The notes under the pieces were generated by a model. That model saw only the letters and a list, made by a program, of their open reading frames with translations. It was not told where the DNA came from and ran no database searches. A stretch of DNA of 64,000 bases from Geosiphon pyriformis uo1 (taxonomy: Eukaryota; Fungi; Glomeromycota). Location: the NCBI GenBank assembly GCA_016748015.1, contig JAAOMT010000269.1:153592-217591 (forward strand), written 5' to 3'. A program made the position numbers and the translations under genes. Of the stretch, positions 36,208-50,369 are shown piece by piece. Positions within the stretch are counted from its first letter, which is position 1. Each line of letters starts with the position of its first letter.

Positions 36208-38080
36208 ATGGATTTGAAAACTGCTTCAGGCAGTGATATGTCAAAAAAGAAGGCACCCAAAGGTGCTTTCCATGGTCCTGCTGGTGGTTCTTTTGCTCAA
36301 AAAAAAGGGTGGTTCTTGGCAATGTTAAACACTCTGATGATGAAAGAGATATTTCTTTGAGTAAATCTGGGCCTGGTAATAGTGTATACTCTGATGTGCA
36401 TAGTCTGTTTGGTGATGATGAGGATGTTGGCATAACAGGTGTATATGGAGGGTCTCTTCTGGGTTCAGCTGCAACCATTCCCAAGGTGAAATGTGTTGAT
36501 ACTGGCACAATATTTGGTTCTCCACTTGGCTCTCCTGACTTCACTATGAATGATGATGAAATTGTGCTTCTTTTTCATATGTCTATCCCTCTGGATAAAA
36601 AGTGGATTGATCCAAAATTGTTAAAACTCAGGTTGAGATGTCTGTGAAAAAATCTTTTGCTTTGAACATCAATCTTTCAGCTATAGAAAGAAAATCGGCA
36701 ATGACCAAAACTCAGGTCATAAGAAAATTATTTTCAGGAATCAATGGTTTTGGGGGGGCCACTACTCTCTCAAAATTTGAAAGGATCATCAGATCTATCT
36801 TCACCTCTGAAGCAAACATGGAAAAGGCCACCTCATTGGCCAAAGATAACAACATTATTGTAAACACTGATCTTAAAAGACAAGGAATGCATTCAGATTA
36901 GGCTGTGGTAATCAAAGAAATTCCCATGGATACGTCTAAAGAAATGATCATTGTCGCAGTAGCCGAGTTTGGAGAAATTAAATCAATTAAAATTCAGTTA
37001 ATTGGAATGTGGCAAAAGACTGTGGTGGAATTCGCCGAGTTTGGTCAAGCCAATCAGTTGGCCTCAAAGTAGTCATTCCTAATTGAAAAAAACTCAGTGC
37101 GTGTAGCCAAAGCTGTGGATAATCATGATATCTGGGCGTCGAGGGATTGTTTCAAAGTGCTTTTGTTTACTTTGCTGGTGGGAACTACTGCACATGATAT
37201 TGGTACTCTTTTGGATAAAGTTGGTAGGAAGACTTGTATCATTAATCACTCATTGGAAACTGGCAATAGATTTTATTGTGCAGTAGTGTGCTTTGAATTT
37301 GCTAATGATTTGGATTCAGCTTTTTTTACTGAGCCTATCCTTGGTAGTGTTTGACTCTTGTGGGCTAGATTTGATTTGGTTCAGTACAAGAAATGTGAGC
37401 ATCTTGGTCATTTGGCTCTTGAATGTGACACTTCAATTGTGTCATCTTCTGAGCTCTCATCTTCATTTAAAAGGCCTGCTTCTTTTGCCAACTGCCTTCA
37501 GCTGGCCAGGCTTTATGCAAAAAAAAATGTTCTTATCTTTCGCCCTGCTGCTTTTGGAGGCAAGTCATGGGTCCAAGTGGTGTCTCTTGCATCCTCTTCT
37601 GTTGGCTTCTCTTCTGGCTCTGGTTTTGGTTCTGGTGCCTTCTCTCATGGTGCCTTTAGTTTAGGTGGTGGTTTTTTTTTGCTTCCAAATGTCGATTCGT
37701 CTTTGAGTGCTTGGTTGGCATCTTTGGAACGTTCATTGGAGCTCCTAAATGACTGGGTTTCTGGTATTATGCACAAACTCAGCAATGTGAATCTGGTGCC
37801 TTCGATTCCTCCTCTTTCTACTTCTGGTGTTTTGGCTGCTCCAGCAGCTGCCAGTTTTAATATGGCTTTGAATGACACCTCAAATAATCTTGTAGTGATG
37901 TCTCCGCTTCTTTTCAGTGGTTCAGATTTGGGTTCAAGTAGTTCAAAGGTTTTGACCTCTAAAATGGGTTCCTTGGAATCTAAGTTGTTGGCTCTTGATG
38001 CCTCTGTTGGTGTGATTTTGGAGAAGTTAGATTAGTTATATGTTAGCTTGAGTTCGCAAACGTTTTCTTCACCCCAATGA
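36208..38080 (+). pseudogene. LINE B ORF1
   Basis: MDLKTASGSDMSKKKAPKG...; IRKLFSGINGFGGA; eroded knuckle YKKCEHLGHLALEC; AFGGKSW; coiled coil LASLERSLELL. Confidence 0.85.
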
Positions 38081-41000
38081 GTGACCTGATTTGGAGGGTA
38101 GCTATGTGTAATGTTCGTGGTATCCACATTCCTGCTAAGCAAGAGGATGTTGTGTGTTGGCATTTTGATTCTGGTAATTTGATCTCAGTAGTTACAGAAA
38201 CTAAGCTTAGATTTTCTACTAGGCCATAAATTGCGGATAAGTTTGATGGGGTGAGAATTTTTTCTTTAGGGTTGGATGTAGGTTTTCTTGGTGCTAGCGC
38301 AGCTATTATTATAGACAATTTTTTAGCTCGTCATGTTTCTAAAGTCGAAGAGGTTCTTGGTTATTTTATCTCAGTGTGGCTTTTCTTTAAGGACAAGCTT
38401 TCAGTTTTAGTTCTGGGTCTTTATGCTGGTGCTTCTGCTGGTACTAGGTTTGGTCAGGCTTCAGAAATCAATTCTTTTATTGTTAAGGCTGTGAACTCCA
38501 GCACTTTTGTGGTTCTTGGTGGTAACTTTAATGAAGATGGCTCTAGGAAGAATGTGAGTTTTAAATTTTGTTCTGATCTGGGTTTGGTTAATTTGTTTGG
38601 AGGCACTTTTTGATTGGGGTTCCTACTTGGAGCAACTTGAGAGGTGTTAAGAAGGTTATTGATTTTATTTTTGTAAGTGAAGATCTGTCAGCTGCAATTG
38701 CTGGTCACGGCATTGCTTCTGTTCAAGGTTTCTTTGATACAAATCACAAGACTGTTTCGGTTTCAATTTGCTTGGGTGGTCTTCTCAATGCTCATCTCAA
38801 TAGTGTTCGTAAGCAAGCTAATAAGAATAGGTGGAAATTCAGAATCAGGGATGCGGGTGCTAACAAGTGGTTAGGTTTTTGAGACTGCTCTTTAATTAGA
38901 TTTTTGGAGTGATCAGGTGAATTCTATAAGGCTAAGACTAGTGGTAATCTGAATGCTATGTGGGAGATCATTAGGGAGGTGGTAACTAGCTCTACTGATA
39001 AGGTGTTTTCGAGATTCTGGTTCAGTGAATTCGAGTGTTCGAGGAATAAACAATCTTCAAAATTCTTCAAGCTGGAGCTTTTGGTGGCTAAATTGATGTG
39101 GAACTTGGGCTCTTATCAGGTTTCTAATGTAATTAAACTTATTGATGCTTGGTTCAAAATCGATGTTAGTGATGCTGTTGAGATTCATGTCATGGTTGAC
39201 AATGGTGCTAATATTGAGGTGATTTTGTGCCACTTATCAGAGGTCAGGAAAAAATATCACAAGTCTAAGTACTTTGAATCTAGGATTGCTAGAGACATTT
39301 TTATTAGGAAGGCTATTGACAAGTGCATGGAGAATTTTTGTTCTAATAAGGGTCGCATAATCAAGAGTGTCTTGGAGCGTCCATTTTGGAAGGTGGTGTT
39401 CGACCACCTAATAATTGAGAATGATTTGATTCTCGAATCTGGTGAGGTCAAATCTGCTATTGATGGTATTATGGAAGATTGGACGAGGAAACATGTGGTT
39501 CCTGATTCTTTGCCTCCTTGTTGGTTGGCTCAGTATGTTCCTTTGGTTTATGTTGATGATTGTGTATTTTCTGCAGTTATGTGTGACATAAGTTCTGATG
39601 AGTTTCTCAAAGTAGTTTATGATTTACCTGATGGCAAGTCTGCTGGACTTTCTGGTATTCCTAACAAACTCTGGAAGCATAGTGATTTGCTGATTCTGGG
39701 TGGTTTGTTGGACATTCTCAATACATGTCTTGTGTTTGGTACAGTGCCTAAACAATAGAAGTTGGCTTGGGTATCAATGATTCCAAAACCATACAACTGG
39801 AAAGGAACTCTTACCAATACTCAACCTATTGTTTTAATTGAGACTGTTAGGAAAATACTTTCTAAGATTCTGTCAAACAGAATCTTTTTGGCCTGTAGTA
39901 GGTTTAATGTTTTGTGTGGCAACAATTTTTCAGTCTTAAAGGGTACATCTACACAGACTCCTATTTTTGCTATTGGTTCAATAATTGAAGATGCTTTAGA
40001 GAAGAATAGAGAGCTTTGGTTGGTTCTTCAGGATATGTGTAAGGCTTATGACTCGGTTGGTTGGTTCCACTTTAAAGCCAGTCTGGCTAGAATCAAGATG
40101 TGCTCTTGCTTCATTAAGTTTTTTGGAGATATACACAACAATCAGACCAATCAAGTGATGACTGATTTTGGGCTCACTAATGGATATACTGTTTATGATG
40201 GCTTAGATTAGGGTGAGGTGTTTTCACCACTGTTGTAGAGGATTTTTTATGATTCCTTACTTTGCGAAATAAAAAGACATGAGCAATTGTATGGGTACAG
40301 ATTGAGTTCAAAATTTTTTACTAAGACTGGTAAGATGGATGCTCGGGGTAATTTGACTTCATACTTTGCAGCTGGTGCTTTTGTTGATGACACCATTTGG
40401 ATTGGTAATTGCTTATTTACTACACAGAAAATATTGGACATTGCAAGCAAGTTTTTTTTAGTCAACAACATATCTATTAATGCTAGTAAAATGGTTGCTA
40501 TTCCTATCAATCAAGGAGTCAAAGATGTGTTACTTTCTATTAGTGGTTCTAATATTTTAGTTGTGAAAAGGAGGGAATCTCATCAGTACTTGGGAATTTT
40601 TATTTCGTCTGATGGCTTGTCCAAACTGAGCTTGGCCAAAGCCCATTTGGATGTCAGGTTTTTCTCGAATGTGGTTTTGAGGAAGGCCATCACTAAAAAG
40701 CAATTTTTGTACTTGGTTTCTGCTGTTTTACAGCCTATTGTTTCTTACAGGCTTCAGTTTAGTTGTGTTTCGAAGAGTGTCTGTGATAGATGGGATGTTA
40801 TGTTGAAAAAAGACTTGAAGCTTAAAGCAAACCTGCCTAAAGACTTTCCTAGTGATGCATTGCATCATCCTGAGTTATTTGGTTTAAGAACTTTTGAGCA
40901 AGTGCTTACTGAGAATCTTCTGGCTAGTTTAATTAGTTTTGCTAATGCTAGTGGAATTCTTGGCAGATTGTTTGATCATAGAGCAATGGATTTGCAGGCT

Positions 41001-42764
41001 GCTAGTTGGATGTCCAGACATCCTCTCTGGTTTCCAATCAGGTTAATGATAGATCCAATAGACTGCTTCCTGTCTGGTGTAACATGTGCCCTTGTTTTAT
41101 GCAACTTGTCCCTGGATGGTGATATGTTTGATGTTTTTCAGACTGGTAGTGGTGTGACAGTTCTAGATATGTTGGTCTCTGATTCTTATTTGTGCATGTC
41201 AAAATATCTTAGATGATATGGTATAGTGTTTGTAAACCAGATTCTGAACCACAATGGTTCCTGTTTTTCCTGAAACACCTTTTGCTGATGGAAGAGGCTG
41301 GACCCCAGAGGCCTGGTTTCTGCTTGGTTTACTGCTCTGGTCAATTTTGTCAGTGCTGGTGGTTTGTCAGGTGGTGGGTTTGTGCCTTTTTGTCCCACTT
41401 TGGCTGGTGTTCCTTGTGACTTTAGTTATGTTCATAACCAATTGTTGGCTTCTGGTTTGGATCCTGTAACTATTTACATGGATGGGTCTGTTAAATATAT
41501 GGGTTCAGTAGATGCTCACAGAGGTACAGCTGCTTACTTTTCTGGGACTGACATCAGCATTGGGGTCAGTATTAATGGATTGCTTTCTTTGACCTTGGTG
41601 GAGCTGCAAGCCATCACTTTAGCATTGAAATGTATGTCTGGTTCTAGTTCAGTTGTGTTGTTTATGAACAGTCAAGCATCACTTAATATGTGCTGCTCTG
41701 GATCTGGTGGGTTTGGTCCTGATTTTTGGGATAAATGTTGGATTGAGAAGGAATATATTGGTCAAATTATTTCTAGAAAGGGTTTATCAGTTACTTAGAA
41801 TAAGATCAAGGGTTATTCTGGTGATGTTGGGAACAAGCGTGCCAATTTCTATGCCAATTCTACTGTTACCTCTAGCTTTATTTTGACTTCTGTGGTGCCT
41901 TTTCATTTTCTCAGAGTAGAAAAAAGGCCTGTTTCTGGAAATGCTCACCAATTTGTTAAGACTTTGTTTAATGTGATTAACTTTGTTGGTTGGGAAGCCA
42001 GATGTGCAAGTGTTTTTGTGGATGCAATTCTCTATGGTGGTTTTGACAGGGCTAGGACTTTTAATGTTTGGCATTCTGATGGCAAGATTGGCTCTGACTT
42101 CACCAGCTCGACGTCAATGTCGCTCCGCTTGTATTTTATGAAAGTGCTGTACTGTCATTTGCTGGTGGCTACCAGGAAAAGATTGTATAATTCTAAGTAT
42201 CCGAGCATTGCTTACATCAGGTGTGGCTTGTTGGAGAATTCTGATCACACTTTCTCTTGCCTTTCTGATAACAATGCTAGGAAGGAGTTGTTGTCTACTG
42301 CTGCTCTTGATTGGGCTGACTCATTAGATGTTTGTACTGATAATAGTGTGGTTTTTCATTTTTTGGAAATGGCAGCTGTGTCTACTAAACTGTATATGGC
42401 ACTAGCTAAGGGTTTTGTGTTGAAATCTTGGGTAGATGATGTGTGTTGCTGGTTGGGTGCTAATTTTGATGGTGGTGCACTTGTTGTCAGGTTTGTCTGA
42501 CACTTCGCCAAGAATCACCATTCTTCTATATGATTGCCTGCTGTTAAGTTGAGAGCGTATTATGAGAAACATAATCTTTTGCCATATGATGGTTCTTCGA
42601 TTTCCTTGGTCTCAGGTCTGTTTTCCTTGTGGTCATCTGATATTATCCATGGTTTCAGTGTTAAATTAGGCGTACATGTTAGTTTTGAGCTGTATCCGTG
42701 TTTGTCAAGTTTAGATTTTGGTTTCCTGAATGGCATTCCTGTTGTAGGCTGTGTAGGTATATAG
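38077..42764 (+). pseudogene. LINE B ORF2 (APE-RT-RNaseH-CCHC)
   Basis: AMCNVRGI, VTETKL, GGNFNE, IDFIF; IPKPYNW, LQDMCKAYDSV, AFVDDTIW; IYMDGS, VELQAI; one frameshift (about 38610) and many stops. Confidence 0.92.
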
Positions 42765-45700
42765 TGTTGTTTTGATTAGCCCAAGTGGCTGGTCACATGT
42801 AGAAAATGCATGAGTCATGCTTAATTTAGATCCTCGTTTGATTTATGTACTTAGGTAGTGGTTGGGCTGCACTCGTAAAAAAAAATAAAAAATAAAAAAA
42901 ATATTAATTATATAATAAAAAATAAAAAAAATTTTAATTTTTTAATTTTATATATATTATAACTTAGTTAAAAAGCTAAATTAAAAAACTTAAATTAATT
43001 TTTTGTATAATTTTAAAAATAAAATTTTTTTTTATTATATTTATATTTATAATTAGAAAAAAACTGTAAATATTACTTTTTTTATAATAATTAATAAAAT
43101 TTTAACATAAAAATATTTTATTGTTGTAAAAACAGCTAAGTAAAATATTTTAAATATATATTTTTTTAATATTAATAATACAAAGCTGTTTTTGGTAATA
43201 TTTAAAACATTTGTTTTTGGTTAATAATTTTTTTAATTAAATTTTTTTTTAAAAAACATATTGAAATTGGTTTTAATATTTTTTTTTAGTTGTAAAAATT
43301 AATTAAGTTATAAAATAAATTTTAATTTAGTTATAATAAATAATAATATTATAGATTTTGTTAAAATCCTAACTAATCTATTAAAAAACTTTGCTAATTT
43401 TAAAGTTGATTTTAATTAAATAATTTAAATAATTAATTACATATAAAAAAGATATAAATTATAGCTAATTTAAAATATTTGAATTTTATGTTATAGTTAA
43501 TAAATAAATTATATTTTATTAAAAAGTTTTTATTTAATTTAAAAAAATGTTTTTTTTTTGTTTATTTAAAAAAATGTTTTAAAATATAAATAAAATAAAA
43601 AGTTAAATTAAGTATAATTAAAGATAATAAAAAAAAAACAAGTATATATTAATATATAATATATAATATTTGTATTTAAAAAATGTTGTATAAAATAAAT
43701 AATATATAAATTTAAATAAGTAAAATAAAAATTTATAAGATATTTTATTAAATTTAAATTTAAATTTTTTTTATTATTTTTATTATTATTATTTTTTATT
43801 TAATTTAATTTATAATTATATATATTGATATTTAATTTTAATATTTAAAATTATTTAAAAATTTGTTTTTTATTTTTATAAAATTAAATAAGTTTTTTAG
43901 TATTAAAAAAAAATTTTAACCAAATTTTTTTTTAATATTGTAAATATTAATTTTATAGTTTATAGAAATTATTAAATTTTTAATAAAATATTTATCTTTA
44001 AAGTATTTTTTTTAATTTTAAATTATATGTGTTATTAAACTTATAATAAAATAGTCAATTCTATATTAATAAATTTAAATAAAAGTCAACTTTTTTGCAA
44101 AAAAAGTTTAATTGTAAACTTTTTAATAATATGTAATTACTTTATAGTAAAATCAACTTTTCTATAGAAATCTTAACTATAAACTTTTTAATAAAAGTAA
44201 TTAAAAAAAATAAAAATAAATAATAAAATAATAGTTTTATCATTTTTTTTTATAAATTTATAAAATAATTAATTTTGATTTATTAATAAAAAAATAAGAA
44301 TATAAATACATTAGAAAAATATTTTAATTTCTTATAATTTATTATTTACTTTTTATTAAATCTAATTCATCTATTCAACTTTAATATATATATATATATA
44401 TATAAAATGCAAGTTAATAAAAAATAATTAATTAAATTTAAAAAGGTTATAATATCTATTTACATTGAATCTAATTCATTCGTTTCCTGTGGTTTAACCG
44501 CTGACCATTTTTTTTGAGTACGAAACCAAATAAAGACGCCATAAAGTCGAGAAATTAAATTCATTGTTAAAATTATTGAGCTCATAGTGAGACTCATTAG
44601 GGGAATAATATTATAGGAGAAAGTGTTTCGATGATAAAAAACCTTATATAAAAAATAATTATATATAAGATATTATTTAATTTAATAAAAGATTGAAAAT
44701 TTTCATTTAGTTAAAACGTACCTGAATTATAAATTGTGAAATATCTTCAATAAAAATATTAATACCACTACTCCAAAAGATTAAATCTTCAACTTTTTTT
44801 GGATATTGGGGCATATTAAATATCAAAGTTGGCATATTTCGAATAGAGATTTAGAGCATCAATATCGGCAGCATATAGCAGAGTAAATAATGCAGCTGGT
44901 TTTGCATGTTGCCGAAACCACAACAGATATTCATCATTTATGGTAATCTCTGTAATTACGATGTACACTGCTAGTACACTATTAAAGAGAAAAGGTATAA
45001 CTATAAAAAGAATGCTAATTGATAAAATAATTAATAATAATAATAATAATAAAATTTTATTAGATTTTAAGGAATTTAATAAAGATTTAAAAAATTTGAA
45101 GGATTACCTTGGTAAATATAAATCTTTCACATCTTTTCCATTATTTATAATAAATATGATATCGATTACAACATCGACTAGAATTAATGTAATAGAAACA
45201 ATTGCAAAACTATTGCCCTAAATTAACAAAAAAAAGGTATTAAATTTTTAAAATAATAATTACTACAATAAAAAACCGAAAATAATAATAATAATAATAA
45301 TAATAATAATTCATACCTTGGGATTTTTCTTTTTTCCTATAAAATATAGGGTTATTACTATTATAGCAATAATAGCCAAAGATTCGTTAAAAAAATTAAT
45401 TGTTAAAAAAGTAAATAAATAAATAAATAAATAAATAAATACATAAATACATTTAGTTATATAAATTCTATAAAACTCAAAAATTTAAAAAAAAACCTCA
45501 CGTTTAACTTGGAACCCGTAAGTCTCATCTAAAAATTCCGTATGTGAATGAATGCTAATAGGAGTGATCCATTTATTTCTAATCATTGTATCGAGATCAT
45601 TTGCAATTTCCATGGGATTTCTTTCCAATTCATCATTTATTGAAGAAAATTTTGAGTTGTAATATTTCGTGAACTGCTGATCCTGATTTATCAGTCTTAT

Positions 45701-45863
45701 GAACAATGATTTTGATACGATCTCTTTCGACTGGAATGGTTAAAGCCAATTGATCTTCAAGTGTTGTGAAAAATTCATATTCCTTTTTAACCTTTGTGAA
45801 ATTCGAAGTTCCACTGTATTCAGACGCAAAAGCCCAGTCAGGGAAGCTTAAATCAATAAACAT

Positions 45864-45894
<31 letters not shown>

Positions 45895-45987
45895 TAGACG
45901 ACGAGATTTAAAATTTTCTAATAGAAAATAAGCAATAAACCTTCTTACCTGCATGTTTACTTTTTTTTGGTGGTCCTAGAATATTCC

Positions 45988-46140
45988 AACGAAATGAATG
46001 AACCAACGAAGGAACGAACGAAGGAACGAAGGAATGAACGAACGAACGAATGAACGAAGGAACGAAGGAACGAAGGAACGAAGGAACGAAGGAACGAAGG
46101 AACGAATGAACGAATGAACGAATGAACGAACGAATGAATA
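45988..46140. repeat. Compound (GAAC/GAAG/GAAT)n microsatellite, intronic
   Basis: Direct reading. Confidence 0.9.
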
Positions 46141-46413
46141 ATTAATTAATTAATTAATATTTAAATGAATTTCCCAAGAAACCAAAAAAATTAAAAATAT
46201 ATATTTACCTGTTTTAAATTGCCAAATATTTCTATATCTTTTACAAAATTATTATCGACGACTATAAAATAATCTTTATCCGGTTGATTAAATGTGCTTT
46301 CTAATACTGTTTCCACTATAACAGTTTTCTTGTCCGAACTCACACGACAATTCTTTCCAGATATACTTTGTCGTAGAATTGGTATAGTGTCATTGATTTG
46401 ATAAATAGAAATA

Positions 46414-46585
<172 letters not shown>

Positions 46586-48281
46586 TAGATAATGAGATTT
46601 TATTTAAATAAGTGATATTTATTTCGCGTTACCCCAATAGAATTATCGTATTAAGAGGAGGGTAAGTAATTTTGATTAAAGGATTTTCATATCCAGTTTC
46701 TATTCAAAAATAAAAATATTAATAAAAATTATAAAAAAATTTTTTAAAAAAATCTAATCACATTCAATCTTACCTTTTTTTGAAAAATATGGTAAATTCT
46801 TAAAGTATATTATAACATTGTTCCCTTCTAATGTAGCAATCAATAAAGTATTTTTTGGTAAGGTAATCCAGGAAGATTTGGAAATCAGGGAAATGTACCA
46901 TGAATCGTTCTGCTTTCCAAATTGGTCATTTAAAGTAAATACTTCATAATCATCCGATTTCCGGGTATCAGTCATTTTTCCTCCATAAGGTAGCGGAAAT
47001 GTTTCTGAAAATGTGAAATGTGATTGCCGAGATCCGGCGTTATTAGCATATTCATAATTCGTGTAATATTTTAACACTGCTCCCCCTCGTAGAAATAATA
47101 TTGTAAATTGATATATTTTTGTAATTCCGGATTCCATTGTTTTTTTGCCATAGTGAACAATAATAACCCAAACCATCTTTTTGAGCATCACATACGTCGA
47201 ACCTCAAATCATTTGCGTCACATTGATAGAGTAGAAAATGAGGACCAAAATCATTTGTTTCTGGTTCCCAAAATGTGACATATACCGATTTTTTTATGTT
47301 TATACTGAGAGAATTTTGAACAATATATGCAAACCCAAAGCCTCCTTCATTTGTGGCAAAAAAAGAATTGAATTCTAAAACCTATATCAAATTTCCTTCG
47401 AATTCAATCTTTTTAGGACCAAAAATTGGTTCAATATTTTGATTGGAATCAGTTCTATATATATATATATATATATTAAATTAAATGTTTAATATTATTT
47501 AAAAATTTATGTTTATATATTCAATATATCAATATATCAATATATATATTGATATTGATATTGAATAATTTCAAATCTTATATTTATTAACTTACGGAGT
47601 ATTATAAATAGTCCATTCCATTTCTGTATTATTATTATTATTCGAAATAAGGAATTTGTCATTTTGAATATTATTTATTAATAACTTTGTCACCTGTACC
47701 TAATTCTATAAAACTAAATAAAATAATTATTAATTATCTTCAATTAAATTTAAAAATTAAACAAATTTTATTTTTAAAGAGTGATTTAATAATAATAAAA
47801 ACCTTGGAATTTATGTTCCATTCCAAGAAAATATTTTCCCTTGATTTTCATATTCCAAAAAAAGATAATTAGAATTAAGAGGATAAATATTAGTTATATT
47901 ATTCTTATATTTATAATATTTTTCTTCGTTTCTAAAAAATTATCCATTAATTGTAAGCTTAAAGTATGCAACATAATTGTAGTGAAAATAATAAAATTCT
48001 ATTATTGTTATTCCATCTTTTTGAAAATAGAAAATTCTTTTAATGAAACCAATTTCCTTTGAATCAATTGGGTGTACCGTTTCATTCATTGATGAACTCT
48101 TACTAATTGAGATAAAAAATGTTAAAAATATTGAAATAATCAAGAGGTAATATGATGAATAAAATAAACGGCTGAGAAAAATTGTTTCATTTTCAAAAAA
48201 AAAAAGAAAAAAAGAAAAAGAAAAAAGTTTTTAGAAAAATTTTTTTTTGAAGGAGTTGGTTTTTTTTGTTTTACCCCCAAA

Positions 48282-48282
<1 letters not shown>

Positions 48283-48331
<49 letters not shown>
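48283..48331. repeat. (TTA)n microsatellite
   Basis: Direct reading. Confidence 0.85.
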
Positions 48332-48337
<6 letters not shown>

Positions 48338-50369
48338 GATAAAAATAATATAATATTATCGGAAATTTTAAAATAAAATATAGTTAAGATTACCTTCATA
48401 TCATGTTAGGACTATTTTGTAAAAATAATAAAAAATTACCTTAATTAAATCTAAAAATACTATTAACTTTTAAAGTTAGTCAATAACTGAATTCGTATAA
48501 TAAGACAGCTATTATTATAATTTATCGTTTAAAGGCTTAACTATGAATCATAGAAGAAAAGCACAGCAATGTACTGTAATCCTTTAAACACATTGAAATA
48601 TAAAAATAAATAAAGTCAATCCATAAAAAAACTAAAAATATTTAATTTTGATACCATTAAATGAACCATAAATAAACTTTACATGTTTTTTTTCTATGAT
48701 AAAAAATGAAAAAGTTATCACATATAAAGCTTTTTCATTATTATTTTTTTTTTACCCAATTCGAATCAAAGAAAGTTCCATGTGATAAATTTTATTTTCA
48801 CTATTTTTAAACTGAGAATCAAATTTGTAACTTTATATATAATATATATATAATTTACAATAGAAATGAACCTATCAGTCAAAGAACATAGAAAAATGAT
48901 ATTTAAATTACTATTGGAATGAGAGTAAATATTTGGTATCAAAATTAAATAATAATAATAATAATAAAGTTTTTTTTCTCTGCAAAAAACTAAATACAAA
49001 AGAAATAACCATTTTATATTACACAATTAACAAATATTAAAATCACTTGATGAAATTTTAAAAACATTAATATGTTTAAATAGGTCAAATTTTATTTTAT
49101 TTAATAAATGAAAATTTTTTTACTTTCTGATGAAGATTGTTGCAAAAAAAAAATGACCAGTTTATTCAAGATAAAAAGATTATACAAATTTTTTTAAAAT
49201 AAATTCATAACGAGTTGATTATCGAAAAAAAAAATTCAATATTAAATTTTATATCAATAAAGTTTGTTGTTTTTAACCTTTAAAACAATATACACTAATC
49301 ATACATTTTATCGAATTGTAATCAAAACTTATATTAACACTTGATTTTTTCTTTATACATCTATTTGTGGTTAATATAAATATGTAAAGTTCAGAGATTT
49401 AGGTTTTACCCATAGTGTGTGGCATGTAAACAACGCATAATTCACGTTTACTTTAAATATTTACATGTTTAAACTTGGTAAATTGTGATCTCATTAGCAT
49501 ATTAAAAAAAATTTACTTGTATTTCTAAAATTAGCTTTTGTCAAAATTACAAAAAAACATAATTGTTTTTTATAAATAAATATTTAATATAAAAATTCAA
49601 ATTAAAAGTCATTATCTATACTTTAAGAAAATGTAAAACAATTTTTTATTTGTTGTCAAATAAGAAAAAAAGAAATTTAATCATATAATACTTTGTAAAA
49701 TATTTATATATATTTATAATATATAATTGAAATTTTTTTTATCAATTTTAAAATTCTTGTTTTTTTTAAAATTTTTCAATTATTTAAAAAAAATAATAAT
49801 TTATTTTAAAAGTTTTTAATTATCAGTTTTTATATGTTTTATATATTACAATAATATTTTTATATTTATATACTTAAAAAAAAGTATATATTTAAAAAAT
49901 AACCAAACAATAAAATAAATAATGTTTTATAGTAAATATAAACTGTGTACTTTTTTATATATAATTAACTATCAAATCAATTAAAACAATTTAAATTAAA
50001 TTTAATACTATATTAAATTAAAAAATAAACAGATTATTAAAAAATATCTAATAAATATTTTTTAATAAATATTAGTATTAGTTTCTTGTAAAAATTAAAT
50101 AATAAATATTTTTTAAAAAAATAATTATTAATAATTTAAAACTTGTATTTAATATTATATTAATTAACTATTACAGTTTTTTTAAAATTATTTAATTATT
50201 TAATTAAGTTTTATGTATTGTTTTTTTATTTTAAAATAGTTTATATGTTTTAAAAAATCAATAAAAAATTATTTTTTTGTTAAAAGTTTTCTTAAAAATT
50301 GGTTATAAAATTAAAAATTAAGTTTTTAAATATTATATTTAAATTACCTGAAAAAATATTAAAAAAAAG

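Larger units (their letters stand above)
36086..42900 (+). mobile_element. Full-length degenerate LINE (copy B)
   Basis: 5' 15-bp inverted repeat, ORF1, ORF2, conserved 3' tail 42765-42876, poly(A). Confidence 0.93.
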